From a virus (taxonomy: Duplodnaviria; Caudoviricetes), in IMG/VR virus record IMGVR_UViG_3300032270_001329, positions 2,440 through 66,439 of that record: 64,000 bases of DNA, one strand, 5' to 3'. Under the pieces are notes generated by a model. It did no database searches. It saw only the letters and a list, made by a program, of their open reading frames with translations, and had not been told where the DNA came from. Below are positions 9,881-18,607 of this stretch, in pieces. Every line of letters begins with the position of its first letter. The first letter of the stretch is position 1. Position numbers and translations under genes: made by a program.

Positions 9881-11464
9881 TTAAGACCAGCTTTCGTATT
9901 CGTAGCGTTGCTGCGGACCTTGTGCACGGGGAATTGTAACTTCACCACGCAGAACACGTTGCGCCAGCTTCAAGGACTCAACTTTCCGGGCGCGGCTTTC
10001 AAGTTCCTGTTGAGCAGCAGCAAGTTGCCCTTTGCTCGTGATCTTGCCAGCCTCAAGCATGGATTGGATTGCACCACTGGACACATTGCTAAACGGAGTG
10101 CGCTCCTGTGCTTCAACAAACTTGGGAACTTCAGTCGGGCGGCGCATGGCAGCGGACGTGTACTCTCCGGTTTCCCGATTGATGGCGCCAGCGGCATAGG
10201 CTTTTTCTTGGCCGTAAATACCTAAGCCTGCGCCTCTGCCAGTGCGTTCGGCATACTCGTCAATCCGTTCAATTGGAAGCGGACGTTGCTTCTCCCTACC
10301 GGGGATGTCTTGGGACATTTCGATTGGAGCATCAACAAAAATGTCCGGACCACTGACTTGGCGGCGGCGCTCAACTGCTTCAGGAACATCAGCAATGCGG
10401 GAGACGCCACGGATGCCGGTGCCGCTAGCAGCTTTAGAAACTTCTGCGAGCGGACCAACGTTGACAACTGTTGCCTCACGAAGCGGATCAACATCAATGT
10501 CTTTTGGTGCAACTTCCGCCAGTGCCTCATAAACCGACTGACGAACAGGGCGTGTCATCTCGACGCGCATTGGAGAGCGTCTGCGACCAGCACGAGCAGC
10601 AATGTCAGCTTCTGCTTCTGCGCGGGCGATGTCTGCTTTGCTCAGCCAGGGGTCAACGGCAGGTGTCTCGGCAAACTGGGAAACAAAGCGCGAAACCTTC
10701 TCACTTAACGGAGTTTCCCTGGTCCCCTGGAGAACAGTTTTTTCACCCGTCCAGGGATCAGCGACCGGCGCGAAACTCTGCGTACTCGTAATGACTTCGC
10801 TTTCGGTAACCGGCTTAACTCGGACTGACTCCGTTGTAGTCGGATCCATTGCCTTGAGTGGCGTGCCAGGTGCAGCACCACGGGCGGCTTGCTGGATTTG
10901 GGTTTGTGGAGAGATGACTTCTTGGTGATAGTTCTGCGCTGTGGTTTGAGGTGTGATGTCACCACTGGCAGCAACCATGTCCACCACTCCTTCCCTAGGA
11001 GTACCGAATTGGGACAAAAATTCTGAAACGCGACCGCGAACAGCAGGCGAACGGGCTGCAGCAACCCCTCCTGCGACTACGCCAGCAGCAAGAGCTAATT
11101 TTGCAGCGGTCCGCGCAAAGTTGGTGCTATCTGCCTTATCTTCCTCGTTTTCAAGGATCTGCGCTTCGTAATGGTCGGATGTCATTGTATTTCCGACGGT
11201 GCCAGCAACTTTGGGCACATGGTTGTCCGGAGTTACAGGTGAAGCGAACACCGAATTGTCATCTTCATGCCGTACAGCAACCGGCTCTTCATAAACAACA
11301 CGCTCTACAACAACCCCTGGCGCCCCTTGCAGACCTGTTTTTGGGAGATTGCGAACAAAATTGAACACTTCAGGGGTCAATTGTGCCTTCTCGCCTGCGT
11401 TTTGAGGATATTTCCGACCGGTTGCTGATGCCCACAGCGCAAAATCCTGGGGAGAAACGGGCAT
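9881..11464 (-). CDS. Large low-complexity putative virion protein
   Basis: 527 aa; first gene of the leftward block. Confidence 0.7.
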   Translation of the reverse strand: MPVSPQDFALWASATGRKYPQNAGEKAQLTPEVFNFVRNLPKTGLQGAPGVVVERVVYEEPVAVRHEDDNSVFASPVTPDNHVPKVAGTVGNTMTSDHYEAQILENEEDKADSTNFARTAAKLALAAGVVAGGVAAARSPAVRGRVSEFLSQFGTPREGVVDMVAASGDITPQTTAQNYHQEVISPQTQIQQAARGAAPGTPLKAMDPTTTESVRVKPVTESEVITSTQSFAPVADPWTGEKTVLQGTRETPLSEKVSRFVSQFAETPAVDPWLSKADIARAEAEADIAARAGRRRSPMRVEMTRPVRQSVYEALAEVAPKDIDVDPLREATVVNVGPLAEVSKAASGTGIRGVSRIADVPEAVERRRQVSGPDIFVDAPIEMSQDIPGREKQRPLPIERIDEYAERTGRGAGLGIYGQEKAYAAGAINRETGEYTSAAMRRPTEVPKFVEAQERTPFSNVSSGAIQSMLEAGKITSKGQLAAAQQELESRARKVESLKLAQRVLRGEVTIPRAQGPQQRYEYESWS

Positions 11465-12223
11465 TTTCCTACAAATACTTAGATATCTCTGATTTTAAGT
11501 TCTCTAAACGCTCTTTTCTAGTTCAAAATCCCCTGCAAGGCCATATTTAGGCCAATTTGGGGTAAAAATCCGGGTAGACATCAAGCTCCCTACGGTCGCA
11601 GGGGGGTCTGAGAGGAAAAAAAGAAAGGTATGTGGAGACTGAAGACCCTCGCTGCGCTCGAAGAGAAGAGATAACCGATGAAGTGGTTTAATTCGTATCT
11701 TTCCCATGTTTAATGTTAACGAAGACTACCTCGAAGCTCTGTACATCTCTGAAGATGAGCAGGCTGCCGAAGAGTGGTGGTCTACGCAATGGGAAGACAT
11801 CGATCTTCCTGCTGACTGATCTGATCGGGGGAGCTTACCGCTCCCTTCGGTCGCTTTATACGCGTACATCCACACTGTCAACCCTAAATGTACGCTGGGA
11901 TACGCATTTAACAATGTCTTTATTGTACATGACCCCTGTATCCCCCTTATAATCCCTTCCAACGCAATCGTTCTCACCGATTCGACCAGGAGTTGCGTCG
12001 CGGGTTGAAAATTTTTTCGGCAAGACCTGTGGAAACTTTAGGTTTTATTGAGTGAGAATTTAAACACTTTTATTCAGGAAGTGGTCTTTGCAACTAATAG
12101 CCGCAAGCTGATTATTGCCTCCAGGACTGAACTCTTGGATGCAGCATTCACACGCTGCGCTAACCATAAGAACGGAACAGAAAGAAGTTCTTGTGGATTT
12201 TGTCCTTCTGTTTATCGCACACC

Positions 12224-12487
12224 ATGTCCAAGAAACTGATCGTTGCAACAGTTGCTGCAGGTGCTGGTCTTGCCTGGTACTGCAGAACTCCCTCCGGTCG
12301 CCAACAGGCGGCGGCAAAGGTTAATTTGGCTCGACACAAACTTGCTGCTTGGATTACGCCAGCAGAAGAAGTTTTGGTAGAGGAGGAGATTGATGAGGCT
12401 GCTATGGCTGCCAACATTGCTGACTTCCTTGATGACAGTGATGTACCGGTTGAATTCCTCTACAGCACTCAACCTCCGCAGGATTGA
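12224..12487 (+). CDS. Early membrane-anchored protein with acidic tail
   Basis: MSKKLIVATVAAGAGLAWY... TM helix; ATG preceded by TCGCACACC. Confidence 0.65.
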   Translation: MSKKLIVATVAAGAGLAWYCRTPSGRQQAAAKVNLARHKLAAWITPAEEVLVEEEIDEAAMAANIADFLDDSDVPVEFLYSTQPPQD

Positions 12488-12489
12488 AG

Positions 12490-12530
12490 TCTGCACTAAG
12501 CCTCTTCGGAGGTTTTCTGCAGAACTCACC
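12490..12530 (+). promoter_or_regulatory. Conserved intergenic hairpin, copy 1
   Basis: TCTGCA-CT-AAGCCTC-TTCG-GAGGTTT-TC-TGCAGA-ACTCACC, 2 nt after a stop codon. Confidence 0.7.
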
Positions 12531-12559
12531 TGGGTTCTGTGTTCTTTGCGTTGCACACC

Positions 12560-12799
12560 ATGTCTGAAGAGTTGAGCTTCCTGTACTGCAACCTCAATGG
12601 ATCTGACGGTTGGTTCGTTATCACGCATAACGACTTTGCCGAGATGGTTCATGTTGACGTACAGAACATGAAGTCCTTCTATCGCCGCTACGAGGCGCCT
12701 ATCGAAGACATTCGACGGGCAATCTCGAAGATGCAGTCCAAAGGCTACAAACTTGCCACCAGCCTCGATGTAGGTTGGAAGCGGTTTGTGGAAGTGTAG
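12560..12799 (+). CDS. Hypothetical early protein
   Basis: MSEELSFLYC..., ATG preceded by TTGCACACC. Confidence 0.65.
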   Translation: MSEELSFLYCNLNGSDGWFVITHNDFAEMVHVDVQNMKSFYRRYEAPIEDIRRAISKMQSKGYKLATSLDVGWKRFVEV

Positions 12800-12880
12800 G
12801 ACGAAACCGTAGGGAGCTAACCACTCCCTGCGGTCGCTCTCTGTATGGAGAGCCTGATGAGTCCCTTTGCTTTGCTCACC

Positions 12881-13138
12881 ATGTCTGTTTCTCAGCGCAT
12901 TGTCAGAATCATTGATGAACAGCGCTATTCATTTCCCGCCTACCTTGCCATCATCATGGGAATGGGTATCGGCGGTCTTGGCTGCATTGCTTTGAACAAA
13001 GCGATCAATGACCGTGTTCTTAAGACGTGTAATCGTAACTTGAATCAGATCGTTTATATGAAGACTGCAGTAGGTGACAGCTACGGCTGTATCAGCAAGA
13101 TGGTACTTAACGGTCCTCCTGCTCCGATCAAGCCATGA
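12881..13138 (+). CDS. Small membrane protein
   Basis: TM segment AYLAIIMGMGIGGLGCIAL and two further Cys; start may be 12845. Confidence 0.6.
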   Translation: MSVSQRIVRIIDEQRYSFPAYLAIIMGMGIGGLGCIALNKAINDRVLKTCNRNLNQIVYMKTAVGDSYGCISKMVLNGPPAPIKP

Positions 13139-13198
13139 GATCGGTTTTGATCAATTCAACGATCTTGACAATCATCATGTTGTTTCTTTGTCTCTGAC

Positions 13199-13474
13199 AT
13201 GAACGACGTTTCTTACAGCCATGAACTGGTCTGGCAAATGGTTCATTTCTTTCCGGAGATGGATTACGCCAGGCAGAATGAACCGCTGAAATGGCGACTG
13301 TTTACAACAACAGTCGGCAATGAAACGGCTAACGCCTACTTCAGTGAGATGCAAACATCGGATGTCATTAATCAAATGGCAGATGATCTTGGATCTTATC
13401 AACTTCTCATGGACTTCTGGTTCAGTGTAGAAGAAGTCTTTGATCAAACTTGTACCTCTGATTCTGCATCATGA
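13199..13474 (+). CDS. Hypothetical early protein
   Basis: 91 aa, coupled to the next gene (ATGA). Confidence 0.6.
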   Translation: MNDVSYSHELVWQMVHFFPEMDYARQNEPLKWRLFTTTVGNETANAYFSEMQTSDVINQMADDLGSYQLLMDFWFSVEEVFDQTCTSDSAS

Positions 13475-13713
13475 ATTACACGTTTTACCTTCCAGGAATT
13501 GACAAGCTGACTGGTATCAGCCAGGAGGATTGGCAGTTTCTCTCGGAACAAGCTGAAGAGAATGGCGTCCTACCCGCTACGCTCGCAGCTCGAATCATTG
13601 CCAACGAATTGGCCATGTGGCGTGATCAAATCCATTACGCCAACATGAAAGAAGCAGAACAAGCGAATCAAGAAATGAATCTTGAGAAGCTTGTAGAAGA
13701 GTCCTTGACTTGA
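13471..13713 (+). CDS. Hypothetical early protein
   Basis: 80 aa, acidic and helical. Confidence 0.6.
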   Translation: MNYTFYLPGIDKLTGISQEDWQFLSEQAEENGVLPATLAARIIANELAMWRDQIHYANMKEAEQANQEMNLEKLVEESLT

Positions 13714-13715
13714 TT

Positions 13716-13767
13716 TCTGCACTCAGGGATTCCCGCCACCGGTGGGTTCCCTTTCTGCAGGATTCAC
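13716..13767 (+). promoter_or_regulatory. Conserved intergenic hairpin, copy 2
   Basis: TCTGCA-CTC-AGGGA-TT-CCCGCC-ACC-GGTGGG-T-TCCCT-TTC-TGCAGG-ATTCAC. Confidence 0.7.
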
Positions 13768-13797
13768 TCCTGCTTTGTACACTCACTGACACTAACC

Positions 13798-14220
13798 ATG
13801 TCCAGCATCAACACCGGTTCCATCGTCGGCAACATCGTTTCTGACATCGTCGTTAAGGTCGTCAATGATGACCTCAGCCTGGTGCAGTTCCGTATTGCGC
13901 CGACCAACAACCGTGAAACCGATTCCCCGATCCCTGTCGTTGCTTACAACGGCATGGGTGAGCGAGTCACGCAACAGTTCAACAAAGGTGATCTCGTTGC
14001 CCTGCAGTATCGTCTGCGCTACACCACCTGGCAAGATCAAGAGGGTAATCCTCGTGGTCGCCATGAAGTGGTTGTGGATTTCATCGACATGCTGCGTCTC
14101 GGCAAGATCTCTACGGCACAACGTGCTGAGCAAGCTGCTGGTATGTCTGACAAATCTGCAGCAAAACAGCCGCAACTCGCCTTCGCTGGTGAGCCTACCG
14201 TAGAAGAAGTGATCTTCTGA
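13798..14220 (+). CDS. ssb: Single-stranded DNA-binding protein
   Basis: OB-fold pattern (GNIVSD, FRIA, KGDLVALQYRLRYTTWQDQEG..R..EVVVD) and acidic tail EEVIF. Confidence 0.8.
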   Translation: MSSINTGSIVGNIVSDIVVKVVNDDLSLVQFRIAPTNNRETDSPIPVVAYNGMGERVTQQFNKGDLVALQYRLRYTTWQDQEGNPRGRHEVVVDFIDMLRLGKISTAQRAEQAAGMSDKSAAKQPQLAFAGEPTVEEVIF

Positions 14221-14228
14221 TCTTGACT

Positions 14229-14294
14229 TCTGCACTTAACCCTTCTGGTGGCATGCATCTGTGTGTCGCCAGTGGGTTTTCTGCAGGACTCAAC
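14229..14294 (+). promoter_or_regulatory. Conserved intergenic hairpin, copy 3
   Basis: TCTGCA-CTT-AACCC-TT-CTGGTGGCATGC-ATCT-GTGTGTCGCCAG-T-GGGTT-TTC-TGCAGG-ACTCAAC. Confidence 0.7.
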
Positions 14295-14327
14295 GTTCTG
14301 CACAATTTTTCCTTTCTGTTATGAATC

Positions 14328-14711
14328 ATGAAAGACTCAAATCTCGACCTCCACCCGGTTGAGGTGGTGCTTATCCTGTTTTTGATTCCCTTTTGGCTCT
14401 TTCAAAACATCTTTCAATGCACACCTACCGACCGTGGCACCAAGAAACTCCTATCCAACGGACTGAACGCTTCGGTGAGTGGTACGACCGCTACACCGAC
14501 GAGTTCGAAGGAGAGCCCACAACCGTCACCGTCCACGAAATCTGGGAGCAATATGGCGGCCCAGAAGAAGGTGGATGGACCTACCAATGTGGTTACCCCA
14601 TCGAAACCGTCTGCGTCTTCTCCAGGCCGCAAGCGCTCAGGGTTCTCCACGAACTCCACGAAAAGTACAACGCGGAAGAGTACGAAGAACAGACGTTTGA
14701 CATCTGCTTGA
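14328..14711 (+). CDS. Putative overlapping membrane protein with S/T/K-rich tail
   Basis: TM segment VEVVLILFLIPFWLF is encoded in the non-overlapped part; the rest overlaps 14417..14761 in another frame. Confidence 0.45.
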   Translation: MKDSNLDLHPVEVVLILFLIPFWLFQNIFQCTPTDRGTKKLLSNGLNASVSGTTATPTSSKESPQPSPSTKSGSNMAAQKKVDGPTNVVTPSKPSASSPGRKRSGFSTNSTKSTTRKSTKNRRLTSA

Positions 14712-14761
14712 GCAATAAGATCGCCAAGTGGTATCCTGATCACCGGCCACACTACGAATAA
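14417..14761 (+). CDS. Conserved phage protein (YGGPEEGGW motif)
   Basis: QYGGPEEGGWTY and terminal RPHYE; globular composition. Confidence 0.7.
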   Translation: MHTYRPWHQETPIQRTERFGEWYDRYTDEFEGEPTTVTVHEIWEQYGGPEEGGWTYQCGYPIETVCVFSRPQALRVLHELHEKYNAEEYEEQTFDICLSNKIAKWYPDHRPHYE

Positions 14762-14804
14762 ACAGCACTAAACTGCTTAGCTTTGCACTCTACCGACCAA
14801 AACC

Positions 14805-16538
14805 ATGCAATTTCGTTTGCCTCAGCAACTGCAAAATGAGCTGGTTGCTTATGATCCCACACTCAAAGCTTTAGCCAAGCAGACAACGCGTAAAACTCCC
14901 GCCAGGAAATCAAAGTCTCCGCTCGGTCAACCCGCAGACTTGATTCCAAATGATGTTGTCCGCCAGGCTGATCTCAAAGGTGCTATTGACCTCATCAACG
15001 CTGAATATGCACCCAATCGCTATCACTCTTTCAAGCGACTGAAGAATGTCGCCACGGAAGAGGCAGCATCTGTCACGCACGCAATCATCTACCACTACGA
15101 AAGGGTTTGGTACGCTGCGTGGCTCCCACCAGAAGGTAAAGAAGATGAGTATCTGTACGGCTTCAGCTTTGCCTACAAAGATACAGCTACCTACCGTAAA
15201 TCTCTACCTTCCGTTATTCTCAAACACGCAGAAAATACAGAGTCGGTTCAGTATGGCCGCTCGTACTTCCGCTTCTTCCGAAAGTATGTAACCAAGCAAG
15301 ACATCATCAACGGCTTCGATGCTCGTGGATGGAATCTTCCCATGGTTGCTTCGTATCATGAGAAGTCCCGTGACATGCGGAAGGTTATCCAGGCTTTCGA
15401 GGAAGACTTCAAAGCAACCATCCCCGTCTGGGAAGACTCACACGGTCTGTTTGATCGTATCCGTGCTGCCAACCTGGGAGTAGCTTTGTTTGAACGATCC
15501 GATCTGGAAGCTGATGTCTGCGCAAAGATCTTAGCGACACCTGATTGGACGCCCTCCTATCAATCCTTCCAGCAACTTGTACTGGATCACATCCATGCCA
15601 CGGGGTATGCAGGTGAGCCATTCAAGTACTACAACAGAATCTTGCACATCATTGATAAACCGTTCTTCCGCAAGTGGATTCAAGAACGTTGCAATGATTG
15701 CATCGAACAATTCAATGATCCTGAGACTAAAACGCTCCGCTCTGTTAAACGGCCATGGAGACTGATCCATGAGTTCCTGCACAGGATCTATCAAGTCAAT
15801 GAAATCTGGCCTGATTGTCCAATTGATTATTACCAAAGTCACATCAACGTTTTGCTTGGCACCAGGTGGAATCTGATGAACCGTCACGGTGCTGTTGATT
15901 GGCTTAAAGAACACATGCCTGTTGCATCTTTCTTCAGCAACTTGACCAAGTTCTACGAGAAGAAGATGGAAGAGTCACTAACAAGAAGTCACTCTTATTA
16001 CTACTCAACCAACCTTGCACTTTCTCAGTTCTCATTTAGCGACTGGGATGACACCTGCTCGATGATCAATTCACTTCTTGAGCATGGCAAAGAGGTTCCG
16101 ATTCCCAAGCGTTGGCGTATGGAAGAGTTCCACGACACCATCCAGGCAGAAGCGTGGAAGATACGCAACCCCAATGAAAAGCTGCCTCAGGATCTCTTCC
16201 CGAATCCCATCAAAGTTACGCAGGAAGGGAACACTTGGACCTTCTTTCAACCCTCCGACACCCACCAGCTCGCTTTGTGGGGGCAGGCGGTACGAAACTG
16301 TGTCGGTAGCGCCAGTGGTTATGCGGAAGGTGTGCGTAAGAAGAAGCACTTCCTTGTTCTCTGCATGGTTGACAACAGACCGCACTTTACCGTTCAACTT
16401 GACGTTGACATGGGAATGATGAGCGTCAAGCAAATTGCTGGTCTGTCTAACTCTCACCTAGGAGAACAGGAGAAAGATGTGTACACCAAGGTCTTTGGTG
16501 AAGCACTGAAACTCAGGGAGGCAGAACTAAGCAACTAA
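14805..16538 (+). CDS. PcfJ-like domain protein
   Basis: 577 aa; C-terminal LALWGQAVRNCVGS...Y resembles the PcfJ ExxxLxHCV.sY motif. Confidence 0.65.
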   Translation: MQFRLPQQLQNELVAYDPTLKALAKQTTRKTPARKSKSPLGQPADLIPNDVVRQADLKGAIDLINAEYAPNRYHSFKRLKNVATEEAASVTHAIIYHYERVWYAAWLPPEGKEDEYLYGFSFAYKDTATYRKSLPSVILKHAENTESVQYGRSYFRFFRKYVTKQDIINGFDARGWNLPMVASYHEKSRDMRKVIQAFEEDFKATIPVWEDSHGLFDRIRAANLGVALFERSDLEADVCAKILATPDWTPSYQSFQQLVLDHIHATGYAGEPFKYYNRILHIIDKPFFRKWIQERCNDCIEQFNDPETKTLRSVKRPWRLIHEFLHRIYQVNEIWPDCPIDYYQSHINVLLGTRWNLMNRHGAVDWLKEHMPVASFFSNLTKFYEKKMEESLTRSHSYYYSTNLALSQFSFSDWDDTCSMINSLLEHGKEVPIPKRWRMEEFHDTIQAEAWKIRNPNEKLPQDLFPNPIKVTQEGNTWTFFQPSDTHQLALWGQAVRNCVGSASGYAEGVRKKKHFLVLCMVDNRPHFTVQLDVDMGMMSVKQIAGLSNSHLGEQEKDVYTKVFGEALKLREAELSN

Positions 16539-16540
16539 AT

Positions 16541-16584
16541 GTACTCACAAAGGGGGTACTTCCTTCTACCCCCAACTTGAGTAC
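16541..16584. terminator. Bulged hairpin between convergent genes
   Basis: GTACTCA/TGAGTAC plus GGGGGTA/TACCCCC, between stops at 16538 (+) and 16585 (-). Confidence 0.55.
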
Positions 16585-16728
16585 TTAATAGTTCTTATGT
16601 ACTAGCGCCGTACGGTTTTCTTGCTGTGCGTCCTTGACATCTTGACGAATTGCATACCAAGCCTGCTTTTGGCTGCGTTCTGCAGTAGCCTTCGTCTTCT
16701 TGATGTAGGTGATGAATGCAGCTTGCAT
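16585..16728 (-). CDS. 47-aa counter-oriented protein
   Basis: Manual translation MQAAFITYIKKTKATAERSQKQAWYAIRQDVKDAQQENRTALVHKNY. Confidence 0.5.
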   Translation of the reverse strand: MQAAFITYIKKTKATAERSQKQAWYAIRQDVKDAQQENRTALVHKNY

Positions 16729-16745
16729 GACTTCTCCCTGGTTTT

Positions 16746-16761
16746 TGTAGTAATTACTACA
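16746..16761. promoter_or_regulatory. NtcA-type box (perfect 16-bp palindrome)
   Basis: TGTAGTAATTACTACA = TGTA-N8-TACA, between divergent starts at 16728 and 16808. Confidence 0.65.
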
Positions 16762-16807
16762 TTATCAGGGTGTCCAGGGTGTGCGTAGTTCACCAAGTTA
16801 CACAACC

Positions 16808-16936
16808 ATGGATCCCGAACAACTTGAACAAGAGGCTGCCCTCTTCCCCTGGCTTGACAGTGGCATCCTCTCTGATCAAAGCCAGGACTTCTTCGATGAA
16901 CTATCGATCTTTGAGGACTGTGAGGACTTCGAGTAA
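16808..16936 (+). CDS. 42-aa acidic micro-protein
   Basis: MDPEQLEQEAALFPWLDSGILSDQSQDFFDELSIFEDCEDFE; ACC-ATG start context. Confidence 0.6.
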   Translation: MDPEQLEQEAALFPWLDSGILSDQSQDFFDELSIFEDCEDFE

Positions 16937-16942
16937 CGAATC

Positions 16943-17083
16943 ATGACTCAGTACGACTCACCTTTCATGGGTTGGATTGTTCCTTACCAGTGGCAAGAAC
17001 CTGACTACGAAGAAGATCTAGAAGAGGAGGAGGAAATTGATGATGATGTTGATGATGAAGGTTACTTGATCACCGGCAACTAA
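16943..17083 (+). CDS. 46-aa acidic micro-protein
   Basis: MTQYDSPFMGWIVPYQWQEPDYEEDLEEEEEIDDDVDDEGYLITGN. Confidence 0.6.
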   Translation: MTQYDSPFMGWIVPYQWQEPDYEEDLEEEEEIDDDVDDEGYLITGN

Positions 17084-17099
17084 TCAACAATCCTCAACC

Positions 17100-17261
17100 A
17101 TGAAACCTTCTTCTACTCAGTGTGAGTTAGCTGACCTCCTCCTGATGTTGACAACAGCTTCCGTCTTTCCAAATGAATACGGAGACAAAATCAACAACGA
17201 ATTGATCGTCAGGGTATTTAAAGCCCTGGATGAACACCACGGTCAGGTGATTGACGGCTGA
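17100..17261 (+). CDS. 53-aa hypothetical protein
   Basis: MKPSSTQCELADLLLML..., fills the gap between neighbours. Confidence 0.5.
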   Translation: MKPSSTQCELADLLLMLTTASVFPNEYGDKINNELIVRVFKALDEHHGQVIDG

Positions 17262-17292
17262 TCACTTTGTACTTTGCACACAAATCACATCC

Positions 17293-17586
17293 ATGTACAA
17301 CATCTACGAGATCAAAGATCTTCACAGCCTGATCTATCACATGGAGAAGCGTGTCAAGCAACTTCTCCTTGAAGATGCCAGGCGCCACCAAATGGATGCA
17401 GAGCCAGGAGAAGTCATCGATCTTATTGAGGATGACCTTCTGCCTTCCATCGAGAAGCTGATGGAGATCTGGGATTACGATCCAACTCCTCAGTATCTCT
17501 ACGACAACACCGGAGGTGAACCTCCCATGACAGCCGATGAGTTCTACTCGGCAGCATGGAAACAACACCAGGAGCTGCACTCTTAA
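17293..17586 (+). CDS. Conserved cyanophage-type acidic protein
   Basis: MYNIYEIKDL...YDPTPQYLYDNTGGEPPMTADE. Confidence 0.65.
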   Translation: MYNIYEIKDLHSLIYHMEKRVKQLLLEDARRHQMDAEPGEVIDLIEDDLLPSIEKLMEIWDYDPTPQYLYDNTGGEPPMTADEFYSAAWKQHQELHS

Positions 17587-17636
17587 TCTTCAAACCTTGC
17601 TTATTGCGAACACTTCTCAACAAACATGAGGGAATT

Positions 17637-17885
17637 ATGGACGCTAAGTATCTCCGCCTTTGGTTCCGAACTGAAGGTAACTGGTTCCATGAAGAATACG
17701 CTACGGACGATCACCAGTGGCGTGAAGCTTTTCTACTTCTCAAATCTGCGGGTGCCAACGTCCGTATCGAGTATGTGGATAAGAATAATCTTCTCCACCT
17801 TGAAAAGAACATTTCAGGTTACTTCAAGGACCAACAAGATGCAGAACAATCAGCAGGAGCCGACTCCTCAACTCTTTCTGTATAG
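17637..17885 (+). CDS. Hypothetical protein
   Basis: MDAKYLRLWF..., 82 aa. Confidence 0.55.
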   Translation: MDAKYLRLWFRTEGNWFHEEYATDDHQWREAFLLLKSAGANVRIEYVDKNNLLHLEKNISGYFKDQQDAEQSAGADSSTLSV

Positions 17886-18204
17886 GCACAAAGACCGCAA
17901 CTTTATCATCAACAAAATGAACAACCTCGATTGGGAACCCAACGACGCCAGCAAAGATCTCAGCAATCAAGATAAGTACAGTCTTGAGCAGCTGCGGGCA
18001 ATGCAACTCGTCGCCAAGATGAAAGAGTCTGCAGACAGAGTTGGAGCTGGCTTCGTTGGTGGTTTCATCTCACCAACTGGAGAGCGCTTCATGATGTCCA
18101 ACGTTGATGCTGATGACATTCAGCACCAGGCGATCATGATGCGTCTCGATGCCCTCCAGGCTGAACGTCAAGGTGAATTGGACACCCAAGAATACTGGGA
18201 TTAA
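17839..18204 (+). CDS. Hypothetical protein
   Basis: GAGFVGGFISPTGERFMM motif; start uncertain. Confidence 0.6.
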   Translation: MQNNQQEPTPQLFLYRHKDRNFIINKMNNLDWEPNDASKDLSNQDKYSLEQLRAMQLVAKMKESADRVGAGFVGGFISPTGERFMMSNVDADDIQHQAIMMRLDALQAERQGELDTQEYWD

Positions 18205-18305
18205 CAGAATCAATGATCTTCTCAGTAGCGAAGTGGTGTCTCATCGGCATCGCCGTCTTCATCTATGCTCAGGTTCTCAAACGCGTTTAGGTCTAGTACA
18301 CTGCA

Positions 18306-18584
18306 GTGAATCTGTACACGTACACGCTTCACGTCATGAAAAAGACCGACCCGGCAGAGAAACGTTTCCTACGTTTTCAGCACAAACTGCTGTCCATGAT
18401 TCAAACCATTGACGAACTCCTAGAAGACCCACTCTTCATGGATTCGATCAGCGGTACAGAAGAGGTCGGACTTGATCAGACCAAAGAGTTTCTTAACAAC
18501 ATCCTCGCTGACCTTGAGGATCCAGGTAAGAACATCATGACTGTGGATGAGATCATCGCCAGTCGCTTGCCTGAGGAAACTTAA
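18306..18584 (+). CDS. Hypothetical protein
   Basis: 92 aa helical, GTG start after a TACACT -10-like element. Confidence 0.55.
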   Translation: MNLYTYTLHVMKKTDPAEKRFLRFQHKLLSMIQTIDELLEDPLFMDSISGTEEVGLDQTKEFLNNILADLEDPGKNIMTVDEIIASRLPEET

Positions 18585-18607
18585 ATCCATCTACAAAACT
18601 TAAAACC

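Larger units (their letters stand above)
11585..12837 (+). repeat. Three copies of CTCCCTNCGGTCGC
   Basis: GCTCCCTACGGTCGC 11585-11599, GCTCCCTTCGGTCGC 11840-11854, ACTCCCTGCGGTCGC 12823-12837. Confidence 0.75.

Noticed and set aside
11889-11904. GTA-N8-TAC at 11890 and GTT-N8-TAC at 24851 as further NtcA boxes
   Set aside because: Only the 6-bp core, or one mismatch; many such hits are expected by chance in 64 kb.
11713-12220. Several 60-85 aa ORFs in the divergence region
   Set aside because: Mutually overlapping, poor start contexts and no protein-like pattern; left uncalled.
12490-14294. Repeats as a CRISPR mini-array
   Set aside because: Copies are separated by whole genes and only the stem base is conserved; no regular spacers or cas genes.
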